Positions 27,288-38,021 of a stretch of 64,000 bases of DNA are shown here, piece after piece. The notes beneath the pieces are model-generated. The model was not told the DNA's origin. It did no database searches and worked only from the letters and a program-made list of their open reading frames with translations. The DNA comes from a virus. The DNA is taken from IMG/VR virus record IMGVR_UViG_3300020416_000002; one strand, 5' to 3'. The stretch's first letter is position 1. Each line of letters opens with the position of its first letter. The translations under genes were made by a program, and so were the position numbers.

Positions 27288-28222
27288 CCGATAATTTTCT
27301 TCACGGTAGGTAGGTAATAAGTCTTGATGACATTCTCCCAATCAAATTGTTTGGCATACTTCAAGATCTCATCTCTATGAGAAACAGAATACTCTCTGTT
27401 CTTAACAATAGCATACTCTACATATTGAGGATCGTCAATCTTTGACTCTGGAATCACAGTAATAAATTCCTTATCTGTATCTAGGTTAGCAGTAGCAAAC
27501 TCACTTACAACCACTCCTAAACCTGCAGCAAATGCTTCCATAATAACCAGAGAGTGTGCTTCACCATCTGATAGCAGCACAAGGTTACCATAGTCTGTTA
27601 GATAGTCATGTAAATATTCTTTCTTCCACTCACCAAGATAATTATGATTCTCATTAAATCTCTTGTCTGCAATGTTACCAGCAAAGAAGAGACTGTCTAT
27701 TGATTGGAACTTATGTTGACGCTTTCTATAATCAATTTTTGCTAGATAGATGCTGCGATCAGGGAACTCTGGTTCGTTTGTTGTACGGAAGAGAGAAAGA
27801 TCAACACCATTAGGAACAACGAACAATTTATTGTCAGGAATGCCGCCAAGAATAGAATAGGCTTTCCTAATACTTTCGGATAAACAGAAGACATTTGGTT
27901 TAGTTTGTTGGAAGTGTCCGAAGATTTGACCATAGCCATTCATCTTCTCAGGTTGTTCAAGGTATGCAAAGTGTGTTGTGCATGCACAAGGATATTGTAT
28001 GTATGGATACAAGATGATCCAGTCATCATATTGAATGTGACAAAAGTCTGGTTGGAATTCATTAACTCTATGAATAATCTCTTTAGGATTACTGATGTTA
28101 ATGACCTGTACTGTGTGACCTAGGTTCTCTAGGTTCACCTTGTAGTCCCAGATCAGACTTTCAACTGCACCCCATCCTACAGGAGGAATTGGTGTAGCAG
28201 GACCTATGATGGTGAACTTCAT
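27284..28222 (-). CDS. Glycosyltransferase (GT4-like)
   Basis: IPP.GWGAVE, VPNGVD, E...LVIMEAFAAG. Confidence 0.85.
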   Translation of the reverse strand: MKFTIIGPATPIPPVGWGAVESLIWDYKVNLENLGHTVQVINISNPKEIIHRVNEFQPDFCHIQYDDWIILYPYIQYPCACTTHFAYLEQPEKMNGYGQIFGHFQQTKPNVFCLSESIRKAYSILGGIPDNKLFVVPNGVDLSLFRTTNEPEFPDRSIYLAKIDYRKRQHKFQSIDSLFFAGNIADKRFNENHNYLGEWKKEYLHDYLTDYGNLVLLSDGEAHSLVIMEAFAAGLGVVVSEFATANLDTDKEFITVIPESKIDDPQYVEYAIVKNREYSVSHRDEILKYAKQFDWENVIKTYYLPTVKKIIG

Positions 28223-29187
28223 AATAGCGATTCTAGTTTAGGAATATATTCGTAGGCAATAATATTCTCTAGACCAAATGCATCAATACCATATGATCTA
28301 ATCTCTTTACGGATTTGCCTAGAATGTTTTTTATTTTTGAGAATGACTTCCCTGATGTATGGGATGTCAGTCATTTTTGACTCAGGAATAACATCAATGA
28401 ATGATTTAGAAGTGTCAAGTTCTACTGCATTCTCCTCTGATACTACCACACCTAGTCCACAAATCAAAGCTTCCTTTACAACAAGTGTAGTAGTGTTTTC
28501 TACTTCACTCAGTAATACAAAGTTTGAATAATTTGTTATGCTCTGGTTTAGAATATTCCTAGGCAGTTCTCCATGATAAGATTCACCACGATATTTGCCA
28601 GGTTCTCTACGACCAAAGATATCAATACGAAGGTCAGGTGACATCACCTCCTCTAATAACCACTGTCTTTTTCTATCACAAACTTGAGAGAAACATATAG
28701 TAGTATCAAAGGTAGCGTACTCATTGAATTGATATGGGGCACACCTAACACCTAACTTGCTCAACCAAATGTTATCTGGATTAGCAGCACCAAATTCTTT
28801 ATAAGTTTCAATATCTTTTTTACTAGATGCAAAGATCCAATAGTCTTTATTCTCTCTCATTCTAGCAAAATGAGGACCGTAACCATCCCTTCCCCACATA
28901 TGTGGAGTATTAATATATGGATAGTGACTTGATACAATCAAGGTTTTACATAACGGTACAAGGTCACTAATGATATCAGAAAAAACATCATAATGAAGAT
29001 GTACAATGTCGTACCGTCCATGTTCTACCTCAAACTTGATAAGTTCTTTGTCTGGAGTGTTTATAATTTCAACTCTGTGTCCTAGTGCTCTCATGATTTG
29101 AGTATAGTCCCAGATCATCATCTCTACAGCACCCCATTTATCTGGTGGGATCTCCATAACGCCAGGACCGATTAAGGCAACCTTCAT
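28219..29187 (-). CDS. Glycosyltransferase (GT4-like), tandem paralogue
   Basis: IPP..WGAVE, LVVKEALICG. Confidence 0.8.
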   Translation of the reverse strand: MKVALIGPGVMEIPPDKWGAVEMMIWDYTQIMRALGHRVEIINTPDKELIKFEVEHGRYDIVHLHYDVFSDIISDLVPLCKTLIVSSHYPYINTPHMWGRDGYGPHFARMRENKDYWIFASSKKDIETYKEFGAANPDNIWLSKLGVRCAPYQFNEYATFDTTICFSQVCDRKRQWLLEEVMSPDLRIDIFGRREPGKYRGESYHGELPRNILNQSITNYSNFVLLSEVENTTTLVVKEALICGLGVVVSEENAVELDTSKSFIDVIPESKMTDIPYIREVILKNKKHSRQIRKEIRSYGIDAFGLENIIAYEYIPKLESLL

Positions 29188-30023
29188 TGATAATCCTCCC
29201 AATACATAACTTTTTTTAATTCATCTACATCAGTGCCATATTGACCTAGAGTAGCGACATTTTGATAAGCACTATGAAATAGAAATACTGGTTTCATTTC
29301 ATCCTCATAGGGATTAGAACCATACCATACACCATCTCTTTGTTCCATCGGCATGTATGCTTTAGCAGCACAATGATTGAACGCACCGTTGGTAAACTTA
29401 TAGTTTTTCCATGTGTTTAATGCTAAGCATAAAACTAGTTCATCAGTTACACCACTATGCACTTTATCATCAGAAAAAATATGATCATAGATCTCTGCAT
29501 ATTTTTCAAAGAGACCATCATGTTTTTCTTTCTGAAATAAAAATGCACCAGAGGCAGCGTAAGGATAATCTCTAGGATTTTCTGGAAGATATGGAACCAT
29601 GTTAGTCCTGTCAATCTTCTCACCAGTATTAAGATAATTTCCTAGAGTAGGAACCCACCAGTGTTGAGTACATAAGAATTTATCTTCTGACTCTTCAATA
29701 AGTTCATCAACTCTATCATTGATAACAACAGTATCAGTATCAAGATAAAAACAATAATCTGTTTCTAGATGTTGATACAGTTCATATCTTTTCTTCCAGA
29801 TGTCTGGTTGAAAATAATTTCTGTCATCATCATTCTCTAATTGTTTTGCCTTGGACTTAACAATCTTTACATTAGGATCATCAATGTCCAATCTATCATC
29901 CATATCAATGATAAGAACCTCATGAGGTTGCTTCACTCTCTCAAGTGATTCGCATGCCCTCATCAGGTTCTGATAATATGAGTCATCACCACCAACGATG
30001 AATCCAAAAGTTACTTTGCTCAT
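29184..30023 (-). CDS. GT-A fold glycosyltransferase (GT8-like)
   Basis: YLDTD DxD motif, SG.F, DE..L. Confidence 0.7.
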   Translation of the reverse strand: MSKVTFGFIVGGDDSYYQNLMRACESLERVKQPHEVLIIDMDDRLDIDDPNVKIVKSKAKQLENDDDRNYFQPDIWKKRYELYQHLETDYCFYLDTDTVVINDRVDELIEESEDKFLCTQHWWVPTLGNYLNTGEKIDRTNMVPYLPENPRDYPYAASGAFLFQKEKHDGLFEKYAEIYDHIFSDDKVHSGVTDELVLCLALNTWKNYKFTNGAFNHCAAKAYMPMEQRDGVWYGSNPYEDEMKPVFLFHSAYQNVATLGQYGTDVDELKKVMYWEDYQ

Positions 30024-30640
30024 TGTTCTGCTTTAATATAAACCCATGACTTGTATGCATATTCATTAGTCAAATGAATACCTTCCCAAACTTCCTCATC
30101 AAAGAACTCTTCTAGAGCACCTTCAACATCAAAATAATCAGCAGTTACATTGTCAGGGTCACAGTATGTGTCATGTCCTGCAATTATACCACCGTATTTT
30201 ACTTTTGGATACCATGCTTTAAGATCTTCTAGGACTGCCTCCTTGGTATGATCAGCATCTAGGTAAACATAATCAAAGAATCCATCTTCAAACTTTGCTG
30301 CCCAGTCTACTGAAGCACCCTTACACATTTCTACCTGTGGATTATTACCATAGATTTCTTTGACTCTAGCATACCCTTGCTCTACACGATCTTCAAACTT
30401 AGTAAAGTGTGCATCGTTACCTTCTGTCTGCCATTTATCTACAAGATAAATTTTTTCACATGCTGCTTCAAATTGTGGGTAGTAGATATCTAAGTATCCA
30501 CCATACTCTACACCAACCTCACATACTTTAAGAGGTTTCCATTCTTCAAGACTGTCAACTACAACAGTGGGAAGATGATCCCTAGAAAATTCAAAGTGTT
30601 GAAACTTAGGATTGATTTTGAAATTAAGCGGATTGTACAT
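30020..30640 (-). CDS. Class I SAM methyltransferase (Methyltransf_24-like)
   Basis: EVGVEYG, FDYVYLDADH, GGIIAGHD. Confidence 0.85.
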   Translation of the reverse strand: MYNPLNFKINPKFQHFEFSRDHLPTVVVDSLEEWKPLKVCEVGVEYGGYLDIYYPQFEAACEKIYLVDKWQTEGNDAHFTKFEDRVEQGYARVKEIYGNNPQVEMCKGASVDWAAKFEDGFFDYVYLDADHTKEAVLEDLKAWYPKVKYGGIIAGHDTYCDPDNVTADYFDVEGALEEFFDEEVWEGIHLTNEYAYKSWVYIKAEQ

Positions 30641-30642
30641 AA

Positions 30643-31557
30643 CTATACTAGTTTTAAAATACCTTTAGATCGATTCATAAATGTATGTTTGTCTTTGACA
30701 ATGAGCATTTGATGACGAATCAATTCAATGTTTTCATGTTTTTGAAAACCTTTGAGGAAAAGTTCTTTGATGTCCTCTGAACATACTATACTGTCATCAA
30801 TAAACTTAGCAAGTTTAGGTGAGTTAGTCATACCTAAATGACCATAACTAATTGCCTTAAAAATACGGCAACTTTTTACACCCCATGCTTTGTGAGTCTC
30901 ATTTCTAAGATCAGGTTGCATGATAGATTTCTGCATCAACTCCCTGTACACATCGTCAGGAAGTGGATTAGTCCAAGGATTACTATGGAAGCATTGAATG
31001 CCTGCATATTGACACTCACGAACCCATTCATTAATAGCAGGACCATTGGCAAAGGCACCGTGATCTGATATGGTGCCAATCATATGATATTCTGGTGATC
31101 TTTTTTTGGTTGCCCAATTAAGATCAATCTCATGAGGCAATAGGTTTGCTGCCCATGCCATATAGATTATATCATACTCGGAAGAATTCTTATCATAGAG
31201 TACACCTGACTCTAACTCTTCACAATTATCGTAGTCTACAGTGTATGTATAGTTAACATCTTCCATGTAATCTACATGGTATCTCATGTCAATTAACTTC
31301 TTGACATTACCCAAATATTTTTCAGGGTTGACACAGACATGGCATACATATGTACTACTCTTCCTTAAGGGAATTTTTTTATCTTTATAACCTTCGCAAA
31401 AGAATAAACAGTTTTCATAATCAAAGTCCTCTGGATGATCTTCATCAGTAAACCAGAAGACTTCGTACCCTTGGTACTCAAATGCTTTCTTAAATGCCTC
31501 GTAGATATAAGAATAGGTATCCGTATGTAATGGATACCCCCACAATACTATTTTCAT
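30643..31557 (-). CDS. Putative glycosyltransferase
   Basis: CRIFK..SYG and HT..NR C-terminal pattern (CgeB/GT-B-like); island context. Confidence 0.55.
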   Translation of the reverse strand: MKIVLWGYPLHTDTYSYIYEAFKKAFEYQGYEVFWFTDEDHPEDFDYENCLFFCEGYKDKKIPLRKSSTYVCHVCVNPEKYLGNVKKLIDMRYHVDYMEDVNYTYTVDYDNCEELESGVLYDKNSSEYDIIYMAWAANLLPHEIDLNWATKKRSPEYHMIGTISDHGAFANGPAINEWVRECQYAGIQCFHSNPWTNPLPDDVYRELMQKSIMQPDLRNETHKAWGVKSCRIFKAISYGHLGMTNSPKLAKFIDDSIVCSEDIKELFLKGFQKHENIELIRHQMLIVKDKHTFMNRSKGILKLV

Positions 31558-31628
31558 TTTTTAAAGACACCCAATTTAGATAGTAACCACAATGTAACTA
31601 TTGTCCATCCTATAACATACCACATCAT
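31554..31628 (-). CDS. Small membrane peptide (about 24 aa)
   Basis: MMWYVIGWTIVTLWLLSKLGVFKK*, ATGA overlaps on both sides. Confidence 0.5.
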   Translation of the reverse strand: MMWYVIGWTIVTLWLLSKLGVFKK

Positions 31629-32326
31629 AACTTTCCTAACATATAGTCCTCTGCCTTTTTAGTCTTACCATTGACACATTTCATCACAGCAAGAATATCA
31701 GGATTAACAAGATCAGGATGACACCACCAATCCTCAAAGGGATGGCTCTGATCAACAGAAATATTATCAACAACCAACACATAACCTTGAGACTCAAGAT
31801 ACTTGCGAGAAGTATCCCTAATAGAATCCCCATCATTATAGGAATCATGTTCAAAAGTGATAGTAGCGAATTTGTATTTACTCAAATCAATTTGTTTGAG
31901 TGCATTAAAGGTTACCTCTGCAGGTTCACAATCTACTTGTAGATAATCAAACACAGGACCTAGATTAACCTCTTTAAACAATGCATCGAAGTCAGCAGTA
32001 GTGGCATCACCTAAAGCAACAGGTGCTCTACGATGTTCATTATATAAATCTGCTTCATGTTCTTTGATTTCAAATCCAATCCCAGTCCATTCAAAACGAG
32101 ATTCTAACAAGGCAGTGTTGTTTGAGATTACAGGATGACCTGCACCAATCTCTACAAAGGTGCCTTTAGGTTTTCCATCTAACATACTCAAGACAAACAT
32201 GTCTTGATAACATTGTGAAAAATTTTGATGACTTACTTTTTCAACCGCATTGAATTTATATCGTAAGTCGTTCACTTTATCTGCCGTATAGAATGTCGGC
32301 ATTTGCCATGCATTAGGATCGGTCAT
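31625..32326 (-). CDS. FkbM-family methyltransferase
   Basis: SQ..QD, FVEIGA, SNNT..LE....W.G, DYL.VD.E, FEDWW. Confidence 0.8.
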   Translation of the reverse strand: MTDPNAWQMPTFYTADKVNDLRYKFNAVEKVSHQNFSQCYQDMFVLSMLDGKPKGTFVEIGAGHPVISNNTALLESRFEWTGIGFEIKEHEADLYNEHRRAPVALGDATTADFDALFKEVNLGPVFDYLQVDCEPAEVTFNALKQIDLSKYKFATITFEHDSYNDGDSIRDTSRKYLESQGYVLVVDNISVDQSHPFEDWWCHPDLVNPDILAVMKCVNGKTKKAEDYMLGKL

Positions 32327-33018
32327 GTTTGTAATTCAGAGTTATCTTTTGCAAGATGAATAATCTTTCTATCGTATGTATAATGCGGGAAGCATTCTGG
32401 AAATGCATAGTCTGGAGGCAACGCATTGACCTGATCTTCATTGTCCATGAAGAACTTATTGATCTGACTTTCGTCATGCCATAGTGCTATTATATCATTC
32501 TTATAATCCTTGTCAACTCTATCCCTCAATGTCTTCATCATAGGGATAACACTTTTGGTTTGTCCACCCCAGAGACATCCTTGATAATAATTTTTATGAT
32601 CACCTTCTACATATGCTTCTGACTTAGGATTAGTTTCAAATGTACCAGTGTAGTCTGCATAGTGACAAGGATGATGTACAGCAAGATATTTTTTCTCTGG
32701 ATTTAAAATCTCATGAGAGAATATTTTTTTCTGCACTACCATGTCTGCGTCGAGGAAGATCATCCAGTCAAATTTCTTTAACTCTTTCTCTGCCTCTAAG
32801 ATAGTATGAAACCTTTCTAGCGTGATTGCTGGCCATGGTTTGTGTTCTATCTGATAGATGGACATATTATCTGGAGCACCATCCAGTTCACCGTCCGTAA
32901 AGATAAAATACTGCTTGTTAGCATCTGGCATTAGATGCTCTTCACATTGTTCATAATATCTTGGGAGAAAATCAAGGTACCTATTAGTACCTATGAATAC
33001 TATTGCCACATTTGTCAT
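32323..33018 (-). CDS. Glycosyltransferase family 6 (ABO-type)
   Basis: FIFTD, WP..TL.RF, DAD, YYQG...GG, WHDES.INK, K at C-terminus; start MTNV. Confidence 0.9.
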   Translation of the reverse strand: MTNVAIVFIGTNRYLDFLPRYYEQCEEHLMPDANKQYFIFTDGELDGAPDNMSIYQIEHKPWPAITLERFHTILEAEKELKKFDWMIFLDADMVVQKKIFSHEILNPEKKYLAVHHPCHYADYTGTFETNPKSEAYVEGDHKNYYQGCLWGGQTKSVIPMMKTLRDRVDKDYKNDIIALWHDESQINKFFMDNEDQVNALPPDYAFPECFPHYTYDRKIIHLAKDNSELQT

Positions 33019-33824
33019 ACTTTCATCCAACCTTCGCAGTAGAGATCTTGTGTATTGTGTTGTTGATCCAATGGAGGTCCGAACCACTTGCTCGGAGCTA
33101 CCACTTGTTTGTTTGCTGATTCTGAGAGCCATGCACCCCACCAAGAGAATGAGCTATTTGCGATGATGAAATCAGAACACATAGTCATTAAACAAAGATC
33201 AACATATTGATCTCCTGATTCGGAGATCATAAACCTATCATCAGCAAATAGAGGTTGCTCGTGACACCACGCAGGATCATCGGAAAGAACAACCACAGGT
33301 CTGTCTCTATCAAAATAGGACAGTGCTTTATCATAATATTCTAGCGAAACGATTGGATGATGTCCATACTTAGCGTAGTCAGTTCGTCTCACATGTAAAG
33401 CGATAGATTTATTTAGACCCTCCATCATCTCCATGCAGGGGTTTTTTATGTTATCTTTAAATGTAAAATCTTTTAATAACGCTTCTCTTACATTTAAGAA
33501 ATACTTTTCTGACTGAAAAAATCCATAAAGATCTACCCAATCAGGACAATTATTAAACAACTCTTCATCAAAATGAAAATGTTGTTCTTGTATTACAGGT
33601 CTGTTACTATCCAACCATTGAATTTGTAATGGACTGAATGTAGTTAGTTCAAACGGGACAAATAATTGATGATCGTTCCATTCATCTGCGTTTGATTTAA
33701 AATTTGACGGGGGCACACAATATGTGAACCCCCTATTTTTTGCTATACCTTTGAGAGCAGCATACTGGAACATTTGATTTGCCAAACGCTCCTTCTTTTT
33801 ACCTAAGTGGTTATTACCAATCAT
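33015..33824 (-). CDS. Alpha-1,2-fucosyltransferase (GT11)
   Basis: LANQMFQYA, G.FQSEKYF, HVRRTDY, SDD..W, IIANSSFSWWGAWL. Confidence 0.92.
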   Translation of the reverse strand: MIGNNHLGKKKERLANQMFQYAALKGIAKNRGFTYCVPPSNFKSNADEWNDHQLFVPFELTTFSPLQIQWLDSNRPVIQEQHFHFDEELFNNCPDWVDLYGFFQSEKYFLNVREALLKDFTFKDNIKNPCMEMMEGLNKSIALHVRRTDYAKYGHHPIVSLEYYDKALSYFDRDRPVVVLSDDPAWCHEQPLFADDRFMISESGDQYVDLCLMTMCSDFIIANSSFSWWGAWLSESANKQVVAPSKWFGPPLDQQHNTQDLYCEGWMKV

Positions 33825-34768
33825 TTTGTCTGGATATTTGTTGCCTGTTGAAACCATTCATAGGTTTTTTTCAAACCAGCATCAAGATCATACTTAGGTG
33901 TCCAACCTTTTTCTGTAATTTTACTATAATCTAATGGTCTTTTAGGAGTACCATTAGGACGATTAGTATCCCATTCAATCCTTCCTTGATACCCTACTAG
34001 ATCTTTGACCTTGTGAGCAAGATGAAAGATTGATACATCTTGACCTGATCCTACATTAATAAGTTCAGCATCACTATAATTTTCTATAGCAAAGAGACAA
34101 GCATCTGCTAGGTCATCCACATACATAAACTCACGAGTAGGTGTACCATCACCCCAACATGTAACTGTATCTTCAGTTGCGTTGTTGAACTTAGTCATTA
34201 GTGATGGGATAACATGTCCATTGTCAGGATGAAAATTATCATTAGGACCGTATAGATTGCAAGGCATGAGTGACACACCCTTGAATCCATACTGTTTGTT
34301 ATACATCTTAAGCATTTCTATGCCATGAATTTTAGCAATAGCATATGCTTCATTAGTAGGTTCTAATTCACCAGATAAAATAGACTCTTCTTTAACAGGA
34401 GTCTCAGCAAATTTAGGATAGATGCAGACGCTGCCAAGGAAAACAAATTTCTTGACAAAATATTTGTATGCCCAATGAATCAGGTTCATCTGAATCATTG
34501 TATTTTGATAGATAAATTCTGCAGAATAAACATCGTTAGCATGAATACCGCCGACTCTAGCAGCAGCATCAAATACATAATCAATTCTATTGCTTGCGAA
34601 AAAATCTCTAACTTGATCAGAATTAGTCAAGTCACATTCTGATCTATCAGCAGTGATGATATTCTCATACCCATCTTGTTGAAGTCTGCGAACGATAGCA
34701 GAACCAACCAAACCTTTGTGACCTGCCACAAAGATATTATCATGTTTTTGCATCTGCCTCAGTCTCAT
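33821..34768 (-). CDS. fcl: GDP-L-fucose synthase
   Basis: AGHKGLVGSA, AA.VGGI.AN, YAIAK, NLYGPNDNF, REF.YVDD. Confidence 0.93.
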   Translation of the reverse strand: MRLRQMQKHDNIFVAGHKGLVGSAIVRRLQQDGYENIITADRSECDLTNSDQVRDFFASNRIDYVFDAAARVGGIHANDVYSAEFIYQNTMIQMNLIHWAYKYFVKKFVFLGSVCIYPKFAETPVKEESILSGELEPTNEAYAIAKIHGIEMLKMYNKQYGFKGVSLMPCNLYGPNDNFHPDNGHVIPSLMTKFNNATEDTVTCWGDGTPTREFMYVDDLADACLFAIENYSDAELINVGSGQDVSIFHLAHKVKDLVGYQGRIEWDTNRPNGTPKRPLDYSKITEKGWTPKYDLDAGLKKTYEWFQQATNIQTK

Positions 34769-36021
34769 GGGATAATAACTTCAGGAGTTGGTAGTGGGAA
34801 AAGAAGTCTCTTACCTTTGAACTTAGGATTCTTAACAAAGAATTCCTTAAAGTGCCAAGGTAATACAATGTATACATCGTAACCTTTTTCCATTACTGCT
34901 TCCTCTGAGGTAATAGGAATCCATGTGCCAGGTGTATATGATCCATCCTTATCAGGATTCACATCACCGATAACACTAACATCATTAGGAGTGACCTCCC
35001 ATGTTTGAAGGGTAACATTACCTTTAGTACTAGCACCCAAGGCACAAATAGTTGCCTTGTTTTCTTTATAAAAATTCAGCATCTTCCAGAACTGTTCTCT
35101 GTTCTGAACTAATCTAATACCAAACTCTCTCCAAGGTGCTGTTGTATTCAACTCTTGATCTAATTCACTGGCAAGAATACCAGTTAGTTTAGTAGTGCAT
35201 TCTGGACGCCTACTAGAACTCTTGGCAACAACAACAGAAATACTACCACCATTAACATCATTAAATTCAAAGTCAACGATCTTAAATCCTGACTTATCCA
35301 TGATGTATTTGAGTTGTCTCATTCCATAGTATGAAAGATGTTCATGGCATACTGTGTCAAAGGAATTGACCTTCAACATTTCTGGCATGTAACTCTGTTC
35401 TAGAACCCAGATACCCTCAGTGTCAAGACACTCATTAACCTGTTTAGCAAATGCACATGGATCCTCTAGATCGTAGAACATAGAGAATGATGTGATGATC
35501 TTTGCTTTTTGATTACCAAATCTTTCTTTGAACACTTCCTCAGAAAAGAAGTTGGCACTATAATTAATATGTTCCTCAAAGAAATCTTTAAATTTCTTAG
35601 ATGTAGGATCAATACTAATTAACTGACAGTCATGAGGAAAGAATGATAAGAATGTTCCATCGTTACCAGCAATATCACATACGATATCACCAGACTTTAA
35701 AGTAACATCTTTAAGAATCTTATCTGCCTTGCGTTTAAGATGCTTGACCATGCTGTTGTTGAGTCCAGAACGATACCCATACTCATCCCCATACATTGTA
35801 GGAAGATCAAAGGTATGCTCTAGTTGCACATGACCACAACCACCTTTAGATTCGTCACACTTAACAAGAGTTAGTGGACCTTTGTACATCTCAGGTTCAA
35901 TCTGTTTAGGAAAGATACCTGATAAGTATTGATCACCAAGATCTAGAACAGTGTCATAGTGTTCGTTACCACAAACCCTACACTTTTCTATCTTGTGAAA
36001 TTTGTTGCACTGTAATGTCAT
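34765..36021 (-). CDS. NDP-sugar C-methyltransferase (C3-methyltransferase family)
   Basis: CRVC..C..C zinc module, Y.YRS, NDGT, D...HEH.SYY, NGGS, GA..KG..L, WHF. Confidence 0.85.
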   Translation of the reverse strand: MTLQCNKFHKIEKCRVCGNEHYDTVLDLGDQYLSGIFPKQIEPEMYKGPLTLVKCDESKGGCGHVQLEHTFDLPTMYGDEYGYRSGLNNSMVKHLKRKADKILKDVTLKSGDIVCDIAGNDGTFLSFFPHDCQLISIDPTSKKFKDFFEEHINYSANFFSEEVFKERFGNQKAKIITSFSMFYDLEDPCAFAKQVNECLDTEGIWVLEQSYMPEMLKVNSFDTVCHEHLSYYGMRQLKYIMDKSGFKIVDFEFNDVNGGSISVVVAKSSSRRPECTTKLTGILASELDQELNTTAPWREFGIRLVQNREQFWKMLNFYKENKATICALGASTKGNVTLQTWEVTPNDVSVIGDVNPDKDGSYTPGTWIPITSEEAVMEKGYDVYIVLPWHFKEFFVKNPKFKGKRLLFPLPTPEVIIP

Positions 36022-37016
36022 TGTCCGTAAATACACATGTCTTCAACGAGATCTTTAAAAGATAACTCTGGTTCCCATCCTAAGACTTCTTTTGCCTTAG
36101 TAGCATCACCTAAAAGTTGTTCAACTTCTGTTGGGCGGTAGTATTTATCGCTCACTCTGATGATGTCTCTACCCATAGTAGCACAGTAACCACGCTCTTC
36201 TAATCCCTCACCATGCCAGCGTATTCTGAATCCAAAATAATCTGCTGCATGTTCTACAAACTCTCGCACACTATACATTTTACCAGTTGCTAATACAAAG
36301 TCATCTGGTTTTTCATGTTGTGTAATCATCCACATACCTCGGACATAATCCTTAGCATGACCCCAGTCTCTCTTAGCATCCAAATTACCTAGCACTAGTT
36401 CGTGCTGTAACCCTGATGATATACGAGAGAGACCCATTGTAATCTTACGAGTTACAAAGGTCTCACCTCTTCTCTGGGACTCGTGATTAAATAGGATGCC
36501 ATTACTGGCATGCATACCATATGCCTCACGATAATTTTTGACCATCCAATATGCATAGAGTTTTGCTACACCATATGGACTACGAGGATAGAATGGAGTG
36601 GTTTCTTTCTGAGGAATTTCCTGTACCAATCCATACAACTCTGAGGTAGATGCTTGATAGAATCTACACTCATGATCTAAGAGACGAATAGCATCTAGAA
36701 GACGAAGAGTTCCTAAGGCATCTACTTCACCAGTATATTCAGGCATCTCAAACGATACCTTTACATGACTCATAGCAGCAAGGTTATACACCTCGGTTGG
36801 TCTAATCTTTTGAACTAAACTAATAATGTTACCTGAGTCAGTCATATCTCCATAGTGGAGATGGATTCTATCATAGATGTGATCAATCCTATGGGTATTA
36901 ATCATTGAAGAACGGCGTACGATGCCATGAACTTCATAACCTTTTTCAAGGAGAAGTTCTGCAAGGTACGAACCGTCCTGTCCTGTAATACCAGTTATTA
37001 GTGCCTTCATTATCAA
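36018..37016 (-). CDS. gmd: GDP-mannose 4,6-dehydratase
   Basis: [37 protein letters not shown]. Confidence 0.97.
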   Translation of the reverse strand: MIMKALITGITGQDGSYLAELLLEKGYEVHGIVRRSSMINTHRIDHIYDRIHLHYGDMTDSGNIISLVQKIRPTEVYNLAAMSHVKVSFEMPEYTGEVDALGTLRLLDAIRLLDHECRFYQASTSELYGLVQEIPQKETTPFYPRSPYGVAKLYAYWMVKNYREAYGMHASNGILFNHESQRRGETFVTRKITMGLSRISSGLQHELVLGNLDAKRDWGHAKDYVRGMWMITQHEKPDDFVLATGKMYSVREFVEHAADYFGFRIRWHGEGLEERGYCATMGRDIIRVSDKYYRPTEVEQLLGDATKAKEVLGWEPELSFKDLVEDMCIYGQ

Positions 37017-37330
37017 CTAAAAGTAATTACATCCTCCCCACTGCCACCAACTACATGATGTGGAACCTCGTCACTGATTGTAAATGTATCTCCTGTTGTA
37101 CTAAAATCAAACACAGGAGATTTAGACGCATCATTTAGATTAGTGTCACCGAAAAAGCTTGTGGAGGATTCAACCGCTTTGTCTGCTCGGTTACGAGACC
37201 TTAGATAATCTTCCCAGAGCTCTGTAAGCGTTGAAGTTTCCTCGTCACTATTTAGTGCCTCAACTAGAGCGTTCTTCAAAGAGTCCGCTGCCTTTTGATA
37301 GGCATCGTACCTATGATTTAAACAAGACAT
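37013..37330 (-). CDS. Hypothetical protein
   Basis: 105-aa ORF coupled to gmd. Confidence 0.65.
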   Translation of the reverse strand: MSCLNHRYDAYQKAADSLKNALVEALNSDEETSTLTELWEDYLRSRNRADKAVESSTSFFGDTNLNDASKSPVFDFSTTGDTFTISDEVPHHVVGGSGEDVITFS

Positions 37331-37332
37331 GA

Positions 37333-37533
37333 TTACAAATCTTCAGATAGTACATCCATGAGAACTTCATAGTCCTCAAAGTCATTTCCAGTAAACTCAA
37401 TTAAACCTTCACTTTCGTAATATTTTCTAACCTTTTTGTACAACTTAGGGTACCTGATGTCTAGGAATAATTCCTTGTTCGCAGCTGCCCTAAGAGTGCT
37501 CAGGTCTTTCTTGAACTTAACCGTCAGAGACAT
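37333..37533 (-). CDS. Hypothetical cyanobacterial-type protein
   Basis: L.AA...E..LD...PKLYKKV..YY; promoter TTGACT-N17-TATAAT at about 37559-37587. Confidence 0.7.
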   Translation of the reverse strand: MSLTVKFKKDLSTLRAAANKELFLDIRYPKLYKKVRKYYESEGLIEFTGNDFEDYEVLMDVLSEDL

Positions 37534-37566
37534 TGTTCTGGATATGTTTGCGTTTATTATTATAGT

Positions 37567-37779
37567 CTAGGCATTGACTTTAGTCAAGTCCTCTTTGTGA
37601 AGAAACACTTCTTTAAGATCGAAGTGAAGGACATAGTTTTCAGTCTTGACATAGTATCCTACGATATCTTTTCCATCGTCTGTGTAACCGTACGCCCGAA
37701 CCTTTTCATTAATACCATCTATTCTCATTTTCTTATGACCCTTAAGGTATTCGTGGTAGCGAGCGTCCAAATTAATCAT
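37567..37779 (-). CDS. Hypothetical protein
   Basis: 70-aa ORF in operon. Confidence 0.7.
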   Translation of the reverse strand: MINLDARYHEYLKGHKKMRIDGINEKVRAYGYTDDGKDIVGYYVKTENYVLHFDLKEVFLHKEDLTKVNA

Positions 37780-38021
37780 CGTTCCTCAAAATTTAGTTTA
37801 CGAACTTTGCGTTTGCGTCGTTTCTCCAACCATTCTACCTGATCTTGGGAGAATTGTCTAGGTTCCGACACATTTGTAACATTATTTAGTATAATGACCG
37901 CCGACAAGTCCATTGCTGTAAACCCTTTGTCATCTACGATTAAATTATTCTGACACCCACAGTTTTGTGGCTTGCCATTACTAACAATTTCTTTTTTACA
38001 CACTACACATTGCACTTTCAT
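37776..38021 (-). CDS. Small Zn-ribbon-like hypothetical protein
   Basis: CVVC...CGC.N. Confidence 0.7.
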   Translation of the reverse strand: MKVQCVVCKKEIVSNGKPQNCGCQNNLIVDDKGFTAMDLSAVIILNNVTNVSEPRQFSQDQVEWLEKRRKRKVRKLNFEER

